Part shown: piece by piece, positions 8,701-17,959 of the stretch
Numbering within the stretch: position 1 is the first letter of the stretch
Layout: each line of letters starts with the position of its first letter
Source of the DNA: Candidatus Bathyarchaeota archaeon
Lineage (GTDB): Archaea > Thermoproteota > Bathyarchaeia > Bathyarchaeales > Bathycorpusculaceae
Length of the DNA: 64,000 bases
Assembly: GCA_963715865.1 (NCBI GenBank)
Contig: OY970280.1
Coordinates: forward strand, 1,728,001 to 1,792,000
Direction: 5' to 3'
Notes under the pieces: model-generated
The model's database searches: none
What the model saw: only the letters and a program-made list of their open reading frames with translations
What the model was told of the DNA's origin: nothing
Made by a program: the position numbers and the translations under genes

Positions 8701-9124
8701 CAACAATCCAAACCCAATTCGCGGATCATATTATTTGGTGCTTTCTGAACAATTTGACCACCTTAAATTCGTATATGAACTCAAAATCAGCATCTATTTA
8801 GGTCCAGATGCTTTCTTTTTGTTTCTTGCTTTTGTCGGGAAATAATAGGGGCTTTTTCCACTGGAAATTGCACACTATTAGTTGGCGTAATCCTTTTTTC
8901 ATTCTTTTTATTGTAGCGAAATCTTTAGCCAAGAAGTTTGAGCAGACTGGCGTAAGTTTGACGGCGTCAATGGAATAATCTGAAGACGATATGTGAATCA
9001 TTTAGAGATAGTTTTCATTTCATCTTAATTATTATTTTGGGTCATGATTTCGGGGTCATAATTGTTTTATTAATTTAACGTCACAAAGGAGTAATATATT
9101 TAGGAAAGATATGGTTGGAATTAT

Positions 9125-10423
9125 ATGCGGATTGGATTCTTCGTTTGGGAGTATCCTCCTTCAATTGTTGGAGGTCTGGGCACTTACGCGGAAAACATAA
9201 CGCGTGAATATGTTTCTATGGGGCATGATGTAACCCTTTTTACGCTCAATCCCGGCAACTTAAAAACAAGAGAAGTTATAAGGGGCGTAGAAGTTCATAG
9301 ACCACTTATTTCGGATGCAAGTAATGTTTTTCCAATGTTTGTAGTGGATGACTTAAAAAAATGGGGAACAAACATCCGCATGTTCAATGACATTTTCACC
9401 TACAACATTTTGAGTGCATCAAAATTCATAAACAGCATGCTGAAAAAGGAAAACTGCAATTTCGACGTCGTTTGCGTGCACGACTGGCTAAGCAGTATAG
9501 CTGGGATTATGGTTAAGAACGAAACGAAAATCCCAGTTGCGTTTCATGTCCATAGTACAGAATGGGGAAGAAGCGGAGGGTCAGGTTCTGGAGTTGTTTC
9601 TCATTTTGAATGGGCAACAGCTGAAAAAGCAGACAGAATCTTGACTGTGAGTCATGCTATGAGGGAAGATTTAGTGAAGCACGGTTGGTCAAGTTCTAAA
9701 ATAAGCGTTGTTTGGAATGGCGTAGATAGCGAACGATACAATTTAAAGAAATGCAAGACTGAAGAGATAGAAGCTATTCGAGAAAGATACGGCATCAAAT
9801 CAGACGAAAAAATGATACTCTTTTTAGGTAGGCTAACGTGGGTGAAAGGGGTCATGAACCTCGTTCAGGCGATGCCTATGATCTTGGCTGAATATCCAAA
9901 AGCAAAACTAGTAATTTTGGGCAAAGGAGAACAACAAAATGACATCATTGAAACCGCACGTAGACTTGGAATAGCAAAAAACGTCGTTTGCAGATTTGAT
10001 TTTGTGCCAGAAAAAGATCGTATCCTACATTACGCTGCATCTGACTTGTGTATCTTTCCTTCAACATATGAACCCTTTGGCATAGTGAGCCTAGAAGCTA
10101 TGTCAATGGAAAAGCCAATAGTTGTGGGTGCCCACGGCGTGGTCGGCTTCAGAGAACAAGTCATGCCCGATGGTCCTGACAAAAATGGTGTACACGTAAA
10201 TGGGGAGAGCCCAAGCGATATCGCATGGGGGATAAAAGAAATATTGTGTGACGATAACAGGGCTAAACAATGGGGCAAAAACGGAAGAAAACGGGTTTTA
10301 CAATATTTCCAGTGGAGAAAAGTTGCAGAACAAACGTTGCAAATATACGAGCGACTCCAGCGCCCAGATGAACAAGATGAACAGGTAACTTTCGGATTAG
10401 TTGAAAAACCATTTGTCTCATAA
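9125..10423 (+). CDS. GT4 family glycosyltransferase (glycogen synthase/RfaB-like)
   Basis: WEYPP..VGGLG, HDWL, FLGRLTWVKG, PS.YEPFGIVSLEAM. Confidence 0.92.
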   Translation: MRIGFFVWEYPPSIVGGLGTYAENITREYVSMGHDVTLFTLNPGNLKTREVIRGVEVHRPLISDASNVFPMFVVDDLKKWGTNIRMFNDIFTYNILSASKFINSMLKKENCNFDVVCVHDWLSSIAGIMVKNETKIPVAFHVHSTEWGRSGGSGSGVVSHFEWATAEKADRILTVSHAMREDLVKHGWSSSKISVVWNGVDSERYNLKKCKTEEIEAIRERYGIKSDEKMILFLGRLTWVKGVMNLVQAMPMILAEYPKAKLVILGKGEQQNDIIETARRLGIAKNVVCRFDFVPEKDRILHYAASDLCIFPSTYEPFGIVSLEAMSMEKPIVVGAHGVVGFREQVMPDGPDKNGVHVNGESPSDIAWGIKEILCDDNRAKQWGKNGRKRVLQYFQWRKVAEQTLQIYERLQRPDEQDEQVTFGLVEKPFVS

Positions 10424-10846
10424 GTGTCTTCCCGTTTCTGCTTATCCAAATCAAACAAGCATGCGTGTTCACTTTTCCCTTTTCCAAGGTTGCCCCGAAC
10501 AGAAGCGCGTCTTCAATCTGAGCCCAAATTGTAACCATGACAACTCATTGTCCAACGGAACCAATTTAACATATGCAAATCCAAAGCAGAAAAAATGCAG
10601 ATTTCACGGATTTTTTCCCGAAAGGCAAAACCCCGCCCTTCCCGCCTCAACTCCAGTTGTTCCCCAAAAAAATAACTAAAATTCGAGCACTTCACGTTTT
10701 CTGCCCTACTGCACTAGATGCACAAGTTGCAAACAACCATTCCAAATCTCATAACATGGAGGAAGAATTTCTAATCCATATTTGGCATTCACAAATCTAA
10801 TTTATTTCCATAAGTTCTTAGATATGATTGATAATGGGCGATAAAA

Positions 10847-11800
10847 ATGCACAGTAGTCTTAGGCAGGAGCGCAAAACAGCGCTACAATTGGATGAAACG
10901 CCCGCTGTTGTTAAAGCAACGGCTGATACTAGAGAGTCTTTCTGCAAGATGCTTGGGGAAGCTATTGACGAGGCATTTTCTTCTCTAGGTGAACCTACAA
11001 GAAAAGCAATATACATTCATCTGAAAAACTCGTTTGGGATTGCGAAGCGCGAAATTCCGTACAGGATCAATGATTTTTCAGATGCGCTCGAGAAAATTTT
11101 TGGACCAAGCGCCAGAAACCTGGAGATTATCTGTATAAAAAACATTCAAGCCAAAGCTAGAATTGACTACAAGTGGGATTTGCCCGAATCGAGTGGGTCC
11201 GAATTGACGTTTGAAGAATACATACGCATCGTTAAGCAGAACTATAAACAGCAAGAAAGCTATCAACGAGCGGAATCAAAGAGTAGCTCCGCCGAGAAAA
11301 AACGGGTAACTCCAGTGGCTCAAGAAAAAACAGATGAAAACAAAGTTACGTTAAAGGCTGTTAACGTGATGGTCAAGAAAGTAATTACGGTAGATGAAAA
11401 AGCGTCGGTCAAAGAAGCAGCTGACACAATGAATCAGTTCGAGATAGGCTCCGTAATTACCACCAGAAAAGGGGAGCCTATAGGCATAATTACTGAGCGA
11501 GACCTTTTGAAACGCATAGTCTCCGAGGGCAGAAACGTAAAAAAGACTAGAGTTAAAGAAATTATGTCAAGTCCATTGGTCGTTATTTCACCCAACACAG
11601 ACTTAGAAGAAGCGGCACGCTTGATGTTCGAGATGAAGATAAAGAAGCTGCCAGTAACCGAACAGAACCGCTTGGTGGGCTTGGTCAGTCTAACAGACAT
11701 AGCCCGCGCTCAGCCGATGATAAAATTCCTGCAAAAACTTGCCGCGACGCAATATACGCCGAAAAGCATACAGAAAGTCTTAAATTGCTACATTGTTTAG
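10847..11800 (+). CDS. CBS-pair protein with an N-terminal archaeal helical domain (DUF3227-like)
   Basis: C-terminal tandem CBS (VMVKKVITV...GIITERD...IMSSPLV...GLVSLTD). N-terminal AIDEAFSSLGE...IP.R..DFSDALEKIFG. Confidence 0.8.
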   Translation: MHSSLRQERKTALQLDETPAVVKATADTRESFCKMLGEAIDEAFSSLGEPTRKAIYIHLKNSFGIAKREIPYRINDFSDALEKIFGPSARNLEIICIKNIQAKARIDYKWDLPESSGSELTFEEYIRIVKQNYKQQESYQRAESKSSSAEKKRVTPVAQEKTDENKVTLKAVNVMVKKVITVDEKASVKEAADTMNQFEIGSVITTRKGEPIGIITERDLLKRIVSEGRNVKKTRVKEIMSSPLVVISPNTDLEEAARLMFEMKIKKLPVTEQNRLVGLVSLTDIARAQPMIKFLQKLAATQYTPKSIQKVLNCYIV

Positions 11801-11849
11801 CGCAATGCAATTGTTAGTGCCCCAGCCCGCTGAGGAAGCGCGCGCTCTT

Positions 11850-12170
11850 CTATTGGTTCACCCTTCGCCAGCGAAGTTGAACCTGTACTCTCTTGATGTA
11901 GCCCTGTTTTTCCAAGGAAATTAGACTGCGGTGAACTGAAGTATATTCCTTTGATTTGTACTCTATGATTTTGCCAAAAATCATCTCGGCAATTTCCTTG
12001 GTTGCCATGTCAGGTTTTATCTTTAGCATTTCCAAAATTCTTTTTTGGTTTTTAGAGAGACCAGCCAAATTCTGCAGCACGCTCTTGAGAGCTTCAATTG
12101 TTTTGTCAAAATTTAAATCTTTAACGCGCACTATAACTGCAGTTCTGATGGCTAGAATATAACAAAACAT
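11850..12170 (-). CDS. Winged-helix DNA-binding protein
   Basis: LSKNQKRILEML...TKEIAEMIF...SVHRSL.SLEKQGYI. Start uncertain. Confidence 0.65.
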   Translation of the reverse strand: MFCYILAIRTAVIVRVKDLNFDKTIEALKSVLQNLAGLSKNQKRILEMLKIKPDMATKEIAEMIFGKIIEYKSKEYTSVHRSLISLEKQGYIKRVQVQLRWRRVNQ

Positions 12171-12303
12171 GAAATATATACGAAGCGCGCATGGTATTGT
12201 GCAAATCCCTTAACGAAATAAATATTTAACTTCGCGCTTGCACCTTAATTAAGGGCACCCGCTACTCGGATAAAAATTCATGCAAATCCAATAGGACCCA
12301 ACA

Positions 12304-12372
12304 AAAAAATGGGGATTTGCGGGTGACATCTCCACTGTAGACGGGGTTCAAATCTCGCCCGGTCCACTTCAA
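12304..12372 (+). repeat. att-like site R4: shared arm plus tRNA-Ala 3' half plus CTTCAA tail
   Basis: 12343-12372 matches 3539-3568 at 28/30 positions. The arm closely matches R2. Confidence 0.9.
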
Positions 12373-12467
12373 CAACACCAGTAATCTAGTAAGAATTCAT
12401 GATGTTGTCAATTTTCAAATGCGTTCCAATCCTGTAACAAGGCTTTAGTAACCGTTTATCCATAACA

Positions 12468-12698
12468 TTGTCTGGTGATGTGGTGAAATTCGGTGTTGTA
12501 GTCGAAAAAGATGAAGATGGCTATTATGTTGCGTCCGTTCCCGAGTTGCCCGGTTGCCACACCCAAGCTAAAACTCTTGATGAAGTAATGAAGAGAATTA
12601 AAGAGGCCATTCAACTTTGCTTGGAAGTCGAAGGAACGAAAGGCAAGGGACGGAACGAACTCGTGGGAGTCCAGTTTGTAGAAGTTCAAGCTGAATGA
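12468..12698 (+). CDS. hicB: HicB family antitoxin
   Basis: VEKDEDGYYVASVPELPGCHTQAKTLDE...IKEAI.L.LE. Confidence 0.92.
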   Translation: MSGDVVKFGVVVEKDEDGYYVASVPELPGCHTQAKTLDEVMKRIKEAIQLCLEVEGTKGKGRNELVGVQFVEVQAE

Positions 12699-12924
12699 GC
12701 TTAAAGCCTCAACCAGCTAAGAAAATAATTAAAGTGCTCTCCAAGTTGGGTTTTGAAGTTGTAAGAAAACGAGGCAGTCATGTTATCCTGAAGCATGCTG
12801 ATGGAAGGCTGACTGTGGTTCCAGTTCATGCAGGAGAGGAAAAGGCTCTGGGCTGCTAAATAAGATAATTAAGGACACGGGACTATCGAAAGAGGAATTC
12901 ATCAAGTTATTAGAAACTGCCTGA
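12695..12924 (+). pseudogene. hicA: HicA family toxin with a 1-nt frameshift (premature TAA at 12857-12859)
   Basis: MSLKP..AKKIIKVLSKLGFEVVRKRGSHVILKH.DGR.TVVPVH then GSGLLNKIIKDTGLSKEEF in a shifted frame. ATGA overlap with hicB. Confidence 0.88.
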
Positions 12925-12966
12925 CTGACTCAAATTCAACTTGTTACACTTTTGCATCCAGACATG

Positions 12967-13034
12967 AAAAAATTGAATCCGCGGAGGTAATCTCCGCTTG
13001 CGTGGGGGGCTCAAATCCTCCCGGTTCACTTCAA
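12967..13034 (+). repeat. att-like site R5 (degenerate arm plus tRNA-Ala 3' half plus CTTCAA tail)
   Basis: GGGGCTCAAATCCTCCCGGTTCACTTCAA, preceded by an A-tract and GCGGAGGTAATCTCCGC, which is related to the R2/R4 arm. Confidence 0.8.
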
Positions 13035-13089
13035 CATTATTTTCAACCACCCTGATAATTTTTGCTTGATACTTCTATTTTCTTCACAG

Positions 13090-14313
13090 TCAATTTTTTT
13101 GTTGTTCTAGCCAGTTTCTTGATTTCATTACCGTTTTCCCTGCAACTTTTAATGACAATGCATCGTCATAGGGGCATATTTCAACGCATCGTGCGCAAAG
13201 TATACACCTTGATTCAGTTACGTCGCCCCCTTTTTTCTCGTACACTTGTGTAGCTTGAGTTGGACAAACGCGTTTGCAAACACCGCACTTGGTGCATTTT
13301 TGTTCGTTCTTCTCCAAGCGTGTTAGGGCGATTTGTTTGAAAGGGGTGAAAGTGCTGAATAAGCCTGTTAACGCGCCTAGAGGGCAGATTCTGCACCAGA
13401 ATCGCCTATAGGCTAAAGCTAAAATTGTGAATGCAATTAAGATAGCTAAGTTTATCGAAGTAAGATAACCGCCTGTTATCCACAGCGGTCCATAGGCTAT
13501 TTGCGAGACGTATGAAAACTTCATCGAGCCTAAACCACATTCGATTAACACGCAAAGGGGCCTCATGGGACAAACTAAACAAAAAGGCTCGTTAAGGTTG
13601 CCTACAAGGCCTGCTTCGGTTCCTTCAGGTCCTCCTGGTCTAGTGCCTGGAATAAGCTGAGCGCCAAAAATGGCGTACGAGGCAAAAATAACACTAAGAA
13701 TCAAAAAAACCGCAATAATGATATACCGTGATTGTCCAAGCGCCGTGTTTGTCTTGTCGGAAAAACGAAAATGCCGCAGCCGTAGGGCTTTGCGAATTCG
13801 TGTTAACACATCCATATATAGGCCGAAAGGACACAGCCAACCGCAGAAAAATCTTCCTAAAACAACAGACGCCACAGCTACCAAGCCGAAAACTATAGCT
13901 AGCTTCTCCAAACCAGAGGTAGAGTAGAAAACCTCGTAGCCTCTTGGATAGTTCCAAAATGGGAAAATGTAAGCTTGAATTTGCCAAATTGGACAAGTAA
14001 CTGTTCGCCCATTAGGATAGTAACATGCTAAAATAGGAACAGATAAGCCATCTGGAAATTGGTTCCCAAAAAAATTAGTCCCAACTAACCGGTCGCGTGG
14101 CGAAGACCCCAAAGGCTGGAATATTGGGACGTTGAAGGGACCTAATATAAGCCCCATAAACACAGCAAAGACGGCGGCTATTTGAATAAAAAATCGAAGC
14201 GAGCTGACTTTACGGGTTTTGTTTTTGGCGAATCTAAAGATAAGATAAATTCCAACCAACACTATCAAAACGTATACAGGTAATACGATTGCACTGGGAG
14301 CCTCCCACGACAT
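13090..14313 (-). CDS. Membrane-bound 4Fe-4S protein (NapH/MauN-like polyferredoxin)
   Basis: GRFFCGWLCPFG, FCLVCP, RFWCRICPLG, and two CxxCxxCxxxCP motifs, with transmembrane helices. Confidence 0.88.
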   Translation of the reverse strand: MSWEAPSAIVLPVYVLIVLVGIYLIFRFAKNKTRKVSSLRFFIQIAAVFAVFMGLILGPFNVPIFQPLGSSPRDRLVGTNFFGNQFPDGLSVPILACYYPNGRTVTCPIWQIQAYIFPFWNYPRGYEVFYSTSGLEKLAIVFGLVAVASVVLGRFFCGWLCPFGLYMDVLTRIRKALRLRHFRFSDKTNTALGQSRYIIIAVFLILSVIFASYAIFGAQLIPGTRPGGPEGTEAGLVGNLNEPFCLVCPMRPLCVLIECGLGSMKFSYVSQIAYGPLWITGGYLTSINLAILIAFTILALAYRRFWCRICPLGALTGLFSTFTPFKQIALTRLEKNEQKCTKCGVCKRVCPTQATQVYEKKGGDVTESRCILCARCVEICPYDDALSLKVAGKTVMKSRNWLEQQKN

Positions 14314-14380
14314 CTTTGCGCTTCCTACTTTTTATTTAATGCCGAGCCTTTGCTAATTAGCCTAAAGCACTTTCACCAAC

Positions 14381-15067
14381 TTATTTTTCACCCGAATGCT
14401 CTTTGCTTTTCACTTTAATTACGATAGCGACAATGATTGTGACAGCCACTACCATTGCTATTACAATGGCTACTGAATGCTGCTGGTAGAAAGGCAAGTT
14501 TGAACTAGACAGACCATTTCCCCCAAAGTCCCAGTGTGCAATGCTTACATTGCCAGTTACACCAGTTACAACCATTGACCCATCATGCGAAATGCTCCAT
14601 CCTTCACCCTCAGCTATGAAAACATTATTGTCAACAATAACACTCCATTCAACGCTGGCGCTCAACCCACCTTGGGAGACAAAACCAAGGTTTAAAATCT
14701 GCTTACCCTGACCTTCAATCAAATATCTTAACAGTACAATCTGAAACGAGGATGTGTTGTATGTTTGGTAAGAGAAGATTGTAACGTTAGAGTTTTGAGT
14801 TGAAATCTTGAAGTTTTCAAGCGGCTGTGAGCCATTGAGGTGCAAATTTGTAAAGGTCCAAGTGTCATTTTCAAATGTTGCCTCGGAATAGGTGCCATTT
14901 ACGGCAAAACTGATGGTGCCATTATACGAGGGGATATTGAATTTGTCTGCAGGACTGAAAGTTATGTTAGTTTGCGCTTGTGTATTAGGGCAAGTCCAAG
15001 GAAAAACTAAGACAATGACAATTATGGCAATTCCAGCTGAGACTTTGTTGTATTTAATTGTTACCAA
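14381..15067 (-). CDS. Secreted/surface protein with signal peptide and C-terminal TM anchor
   Basis: Hydrophobic N-terminus ending TQA-Q, N-glycosylation sequons, C-terminal TM followed by a basic tail. Confidence 0.75.
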   Translation of the reverse strand: MVTIKYNKVSAGIAIIVIVLVFPWTCPNTQAQTNITFSPADKFNIPSYNGTISFAVNGTYSEATFENDTWTFTNLHLNGSQPLENFKISTQNSNVTIFSYQTYNTSSFQIVLLRYLIEGQGKQILNLGFVSQGGLSASVEWSVIVDNNVFIAEGEGWSISHDGSMVVTGVTGNVSIAHWDFGGNGLSSSNLPFYQQHSVAIVIAMVVAVTIIVAIVIKVKSKEHSGEK

Positions 15068-15223
15068 GCCTCACTGCCTGCATCACTATAAGTAATTATT
15101 AAGTTTGGCTATAAGACTTTTCTAGGGTTCCAGGAAAGTTGCGGTTTAGCTTTCGGTTTGCAAAGGAAAAAGGGCGGGTTTATCCGTTTTGCCTATTAAT
15201 GAGAAGCTGTATAGGAAAATGCA

Positions 15224-16042
15224 ATGAAGAAATCGTTAGTCATAGCTGTGTTTCTCATCGTTGCCATCCTTGTTCTGAGCGCTTCAATACTGGTTTTCTT
15301 GAACAGCAATAAGCCGTCAACAAACTCCTCAGCTGTAACACATTACACTTACACCGTAGTTAACACGTATCCGCATGACCCGAATGCCTTCACTGAGGGG
15401 CTCGTGTACTCGGATGGTTTTCTGTACGAGAGCACAGGACTTGACGGCGGTTCATCTTTACGCCGCGTGGACTTGACCACAGGCAATGTGCAGCAGGAGG
15501 TTATGTTGCCGACTCAGGATTTCGGCGAAGGCATAGCCATAGTCAACAACACCATAATCCAACTAACTTGGCAGTCGCATATAGGCTTCATCTACGACAA
15601 AAACACCTTTGCAGTGCTGGGAAATTTTACTTACCCCACGGAAGGCTGGGGTTTGACCTTTGACGGCAAACAGCTAATCATGAGCGACGGCTCAGACAAC
15701 CTATACTTGCTTGACCCAACAACGTTTCAGCGGACAGGACAAATCCAAGTGCATGACGGAAACACAACTGTAGTAAACATCAACGAGCTAGAATACATCA
15801 ACGGCGACGTTTACGCCAACATCTGGCAAACAAACACAATCGCCATAATCAACCCGGAAACTGGACAAGTCAAAGCTTGGATAGACCTCACAGGACTACC
15901 AGCCGAAAACAATTCAAACCCAGAAGCCGTACTCAACGGCATAGCATACGACCAAAAAAACGACAGACTTTTCGTAACAGGCAAAGACTGGCCAAACCTC
16001 TACCAAATAAAACTAACACCATTAACCGAGCCTACAGCCTAA
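15224..16042 (+). CDS. Glutaminyl-peptide cyclotransferase (plant/bacterial beta-propeller type)
   Basis: YPHDP.AFTEGL, LYESTG, FGEGI, EGWGLT, INELEYI, VLNGIAYD, LFVTGK.W. Confidence 0.93.
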   Translation: MKKSLVIAVFLIVAILVLSASILVFLNSNKPSTNSSAVTHYTYTVVNTYPHDPNAFTEGLVYSDGFLYESTGLDGGSSLRRVDLTTGNVQQEVMLPTQDFGEGIAIVNNTIIQLTWQSHIGFIYDKNTFAVLGNFTYPTEGWGLTFDGKQLIMSDGSDNLYLLDPTTFQRTGQIQVHDGNTTVVNINELEYINGDVYANIWQTNTIAIINPETGQVKAWIDLTGLPAENNSNPEAVLNGIAYDQKNDRLFVTGKDWPNLYQIKLTPLTEPTA

Positions 16043-16131
16043 ACTAATCTACTCAGTGCTCTTTATAGACCGAAAGTTTGTGTTATTACTTTTTGACGCG
16101 GATGCAAAATTTGAATCGCTTAGCCTTTTCA

Positions 16132-16712
16132 TCAATCTTGAACTAAATAATAAGATAGAACTGCTAGTGGAACTACAAGAGCGTAGGAAAACAAGGTTCC
16201 AAGCCAAACACCAAAGCTCGGATACAAATATCTCACAGCTACGCTGAAAGGAATAATCGTTAGAATGCCAGACATCACTAATGGCTTTGTCACGGCTCGC
16301 GAGAATTCCGTTCCTTTGCTCTTATTCAGTATTACTAAGGTTGAAGTGAAAACTGCTGGAAACGCGGCTGCAATGCCGCCCAGAATAGGACCACCAATTT
16401 GGCTCAAAAGCACTGAGATTAAAACAAGAAACCCTGCACCGACTCCACGCAAGACAATCTCACGAATTTTGTAGAGCCCTTTCTCCTCCCGCTACGTTTT
16501 TGAGTTTTAGCTTTTTAGTGAAAGAATAATACGTTAAAACGGAAATCGCAGTTCCACCGACCAGAGAAAGCGCAAAATCCCTCAGACCAGAAGCAACAAT
16601 TAAGCCAGAAATTGCAAACCATATAAGAAGAGAAACGGAAATGCCTCGGCTAAACCCTTTCTGGGCGAAAAAAGCGAAGAAGAAAAGATAAACATGCCAA
16701 AGGATTCAACAT
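16132..16712 (-). pseudogene. Frameshifted multi-pass membrane protein (DUF3147-like repeat)
   Basis: GGILAAFPAVFTS-type motif in the 3' ORF. The upstream hydrophobic frame stops near 16462, with a frameshift around 16470-16490. 5' limit approximate. Confidence 0.45.
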
Positions 16713-16937
16713 ACCCTTTTTGCGGAGCTAAAATCAATCACACTGAAATGCAAACATTTGGGTGTTGCCGTTCATGTGTTGAAACCAACTGGAGTTAGCT
16801 TTAACTGGAAAATTACTAAACTAATGTCCCGTTCTTTTCAAGATATGTAGTTTTTAAACCATTCTTGTACAAACAAGTTATATAGCCGCTAAACGTAGTG
16901 TGTTCTTGTGGCGTACTAACACTACGGAAGAGAAAAA

Positions 16938-17510
16938 TTGGATTCCACTATCCTTGAAATCTTAGTTATTATTCTTGGAAACGGCGCGTTGATAGCTATA
17001 ATTGGCTATTGGTTTCAATATCGACAGCAAAAATCACAAACAGACTTTGAAGCAAGAAAGGGCGCAAGCCTATATTACCAAACAATTTATGGTCATATCG
17101 TCATTCTTCTCGATTTAGCAAACAAATATTGTGACAGTCTTTCTAAAGGCAAAATCATTGCAACCGATTTTGAACAATGCAAATTTAGTCAAATGACATC
17201 GGAAGAAATCATAGAAAATTATAGAAAAGCTTACTTAGAATTTGAAGGCTATTGCATAATGACTAAGAAAAAAGGTATGGAAATATTTGTCTCCGAGAAA
17301 TTACAAAAATTATTATACTCATTTTGGAATTATTCCTGGAATTTTTATAACGATAATAAATTGTTGCAGAAGCATATAATCAACTACAGTAAGATTGCTG
17401 ACCAAACAACAGACTATATGGATAAGTTGTTCGGTTTAGAGCGAGGGGGAATGGAACTATCACTGAAAAAAGAAAAAATGGATGTAACACAAGAACTGAA
17501 AACAAAATAA
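16938..17510 (+). CDS. Hypothetical protein with N-terminal TM helix (AT-rich gene)
   Basis: 190-aa ORF, one TM followed by a helical soluble domain. Confidence 0.7.
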   Translation: MDSTILEILVIILGNGALIAIIGYWFQYRQQKSQTDFEARKGASLYYQTIYGHIVILLDLANKYCDSLSKGKIIATDFEQCKFSQMTSEEIIENYRKAYLEFEGYCIMTKKKGMEIFVSEKLQKLLYSFWNYSWNFYNDNKLLQKHIINYSKIADQTTDYMDKLFGLERGGMELSLKKEKMDVTQELKTK

Positions 17511-17521
17511 CTTTTAATAAC

Positions 17522-17764
17522 ATGATGGAAATGAGCATTCAAACTCGTTATGCAGTTACACTTTCAGGTATAGCCTTTGCCTATCTGGGCTTATTATTTT
17601 TAATCTCAAGCTTAGTTCACTTTTATTACCTTGCTCCTTTCTCAATACAAATTGACCTTTTTATAATAGTAATTGGTAGCATCATGACTTTTATTGGTCT
17701 GTTAGGTTTTCATCGTAACAGTTCAGAAATCCCTCTACCTGAAATTAGCGATGCAAAAACTTAA
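17522..17764 (+). CDS. Small 2-TM hypothetical protein
   Basis: 80-aa ORF with two hydrophobic segments. Confidence 0.6.
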   Translation: MMEMSIQTRYAVTLSGIAFAYLGLLFLISSLVHFYYLAPFSIQIDLFIIVIGSIMTFIGLLGFHRNSSEIPLPEISDAKT

Positions 17765-17959
17765 ATCCGTTTTTTGTTTAACAAGCAATTACTATGTCAA
17801 ATAAACTTAGCAAAAGAGCTAGTGCTTTCTTTGTGATAATCGGAGCTATTGTTGCAGGTTTTTCGCAACTACTGTTTTAAGCTTTAGGCTGGAGAATATA
17901 AACATACGTGGTGAGATGGCTGACAAAACGGTTGATTCAATCCTTCAAAGTTCTTCGCT

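Larger units (their letters stand above)
3563..13034. mobile_element. Tandem integrated segments (cassette array) downstream of tRNA-Ala, delimited by repeated tRNA 3'-half att-like sites; no integrase in window
   Basis: Same-orientation copies of the T-arm plus acceptor 3' strand at 4458-4481, 8674-8700, 12343-12372 and 13006-13034. Accessory and decayed cargo lies between them. Confidence 0.75.

Noticed and set aside
3563-13034. Classical integron with attC sites
   Set aside because: No IntI gene and no attC-type R''/R' imperfect inverted repeats seen. The delimiters are tRNA-derived.
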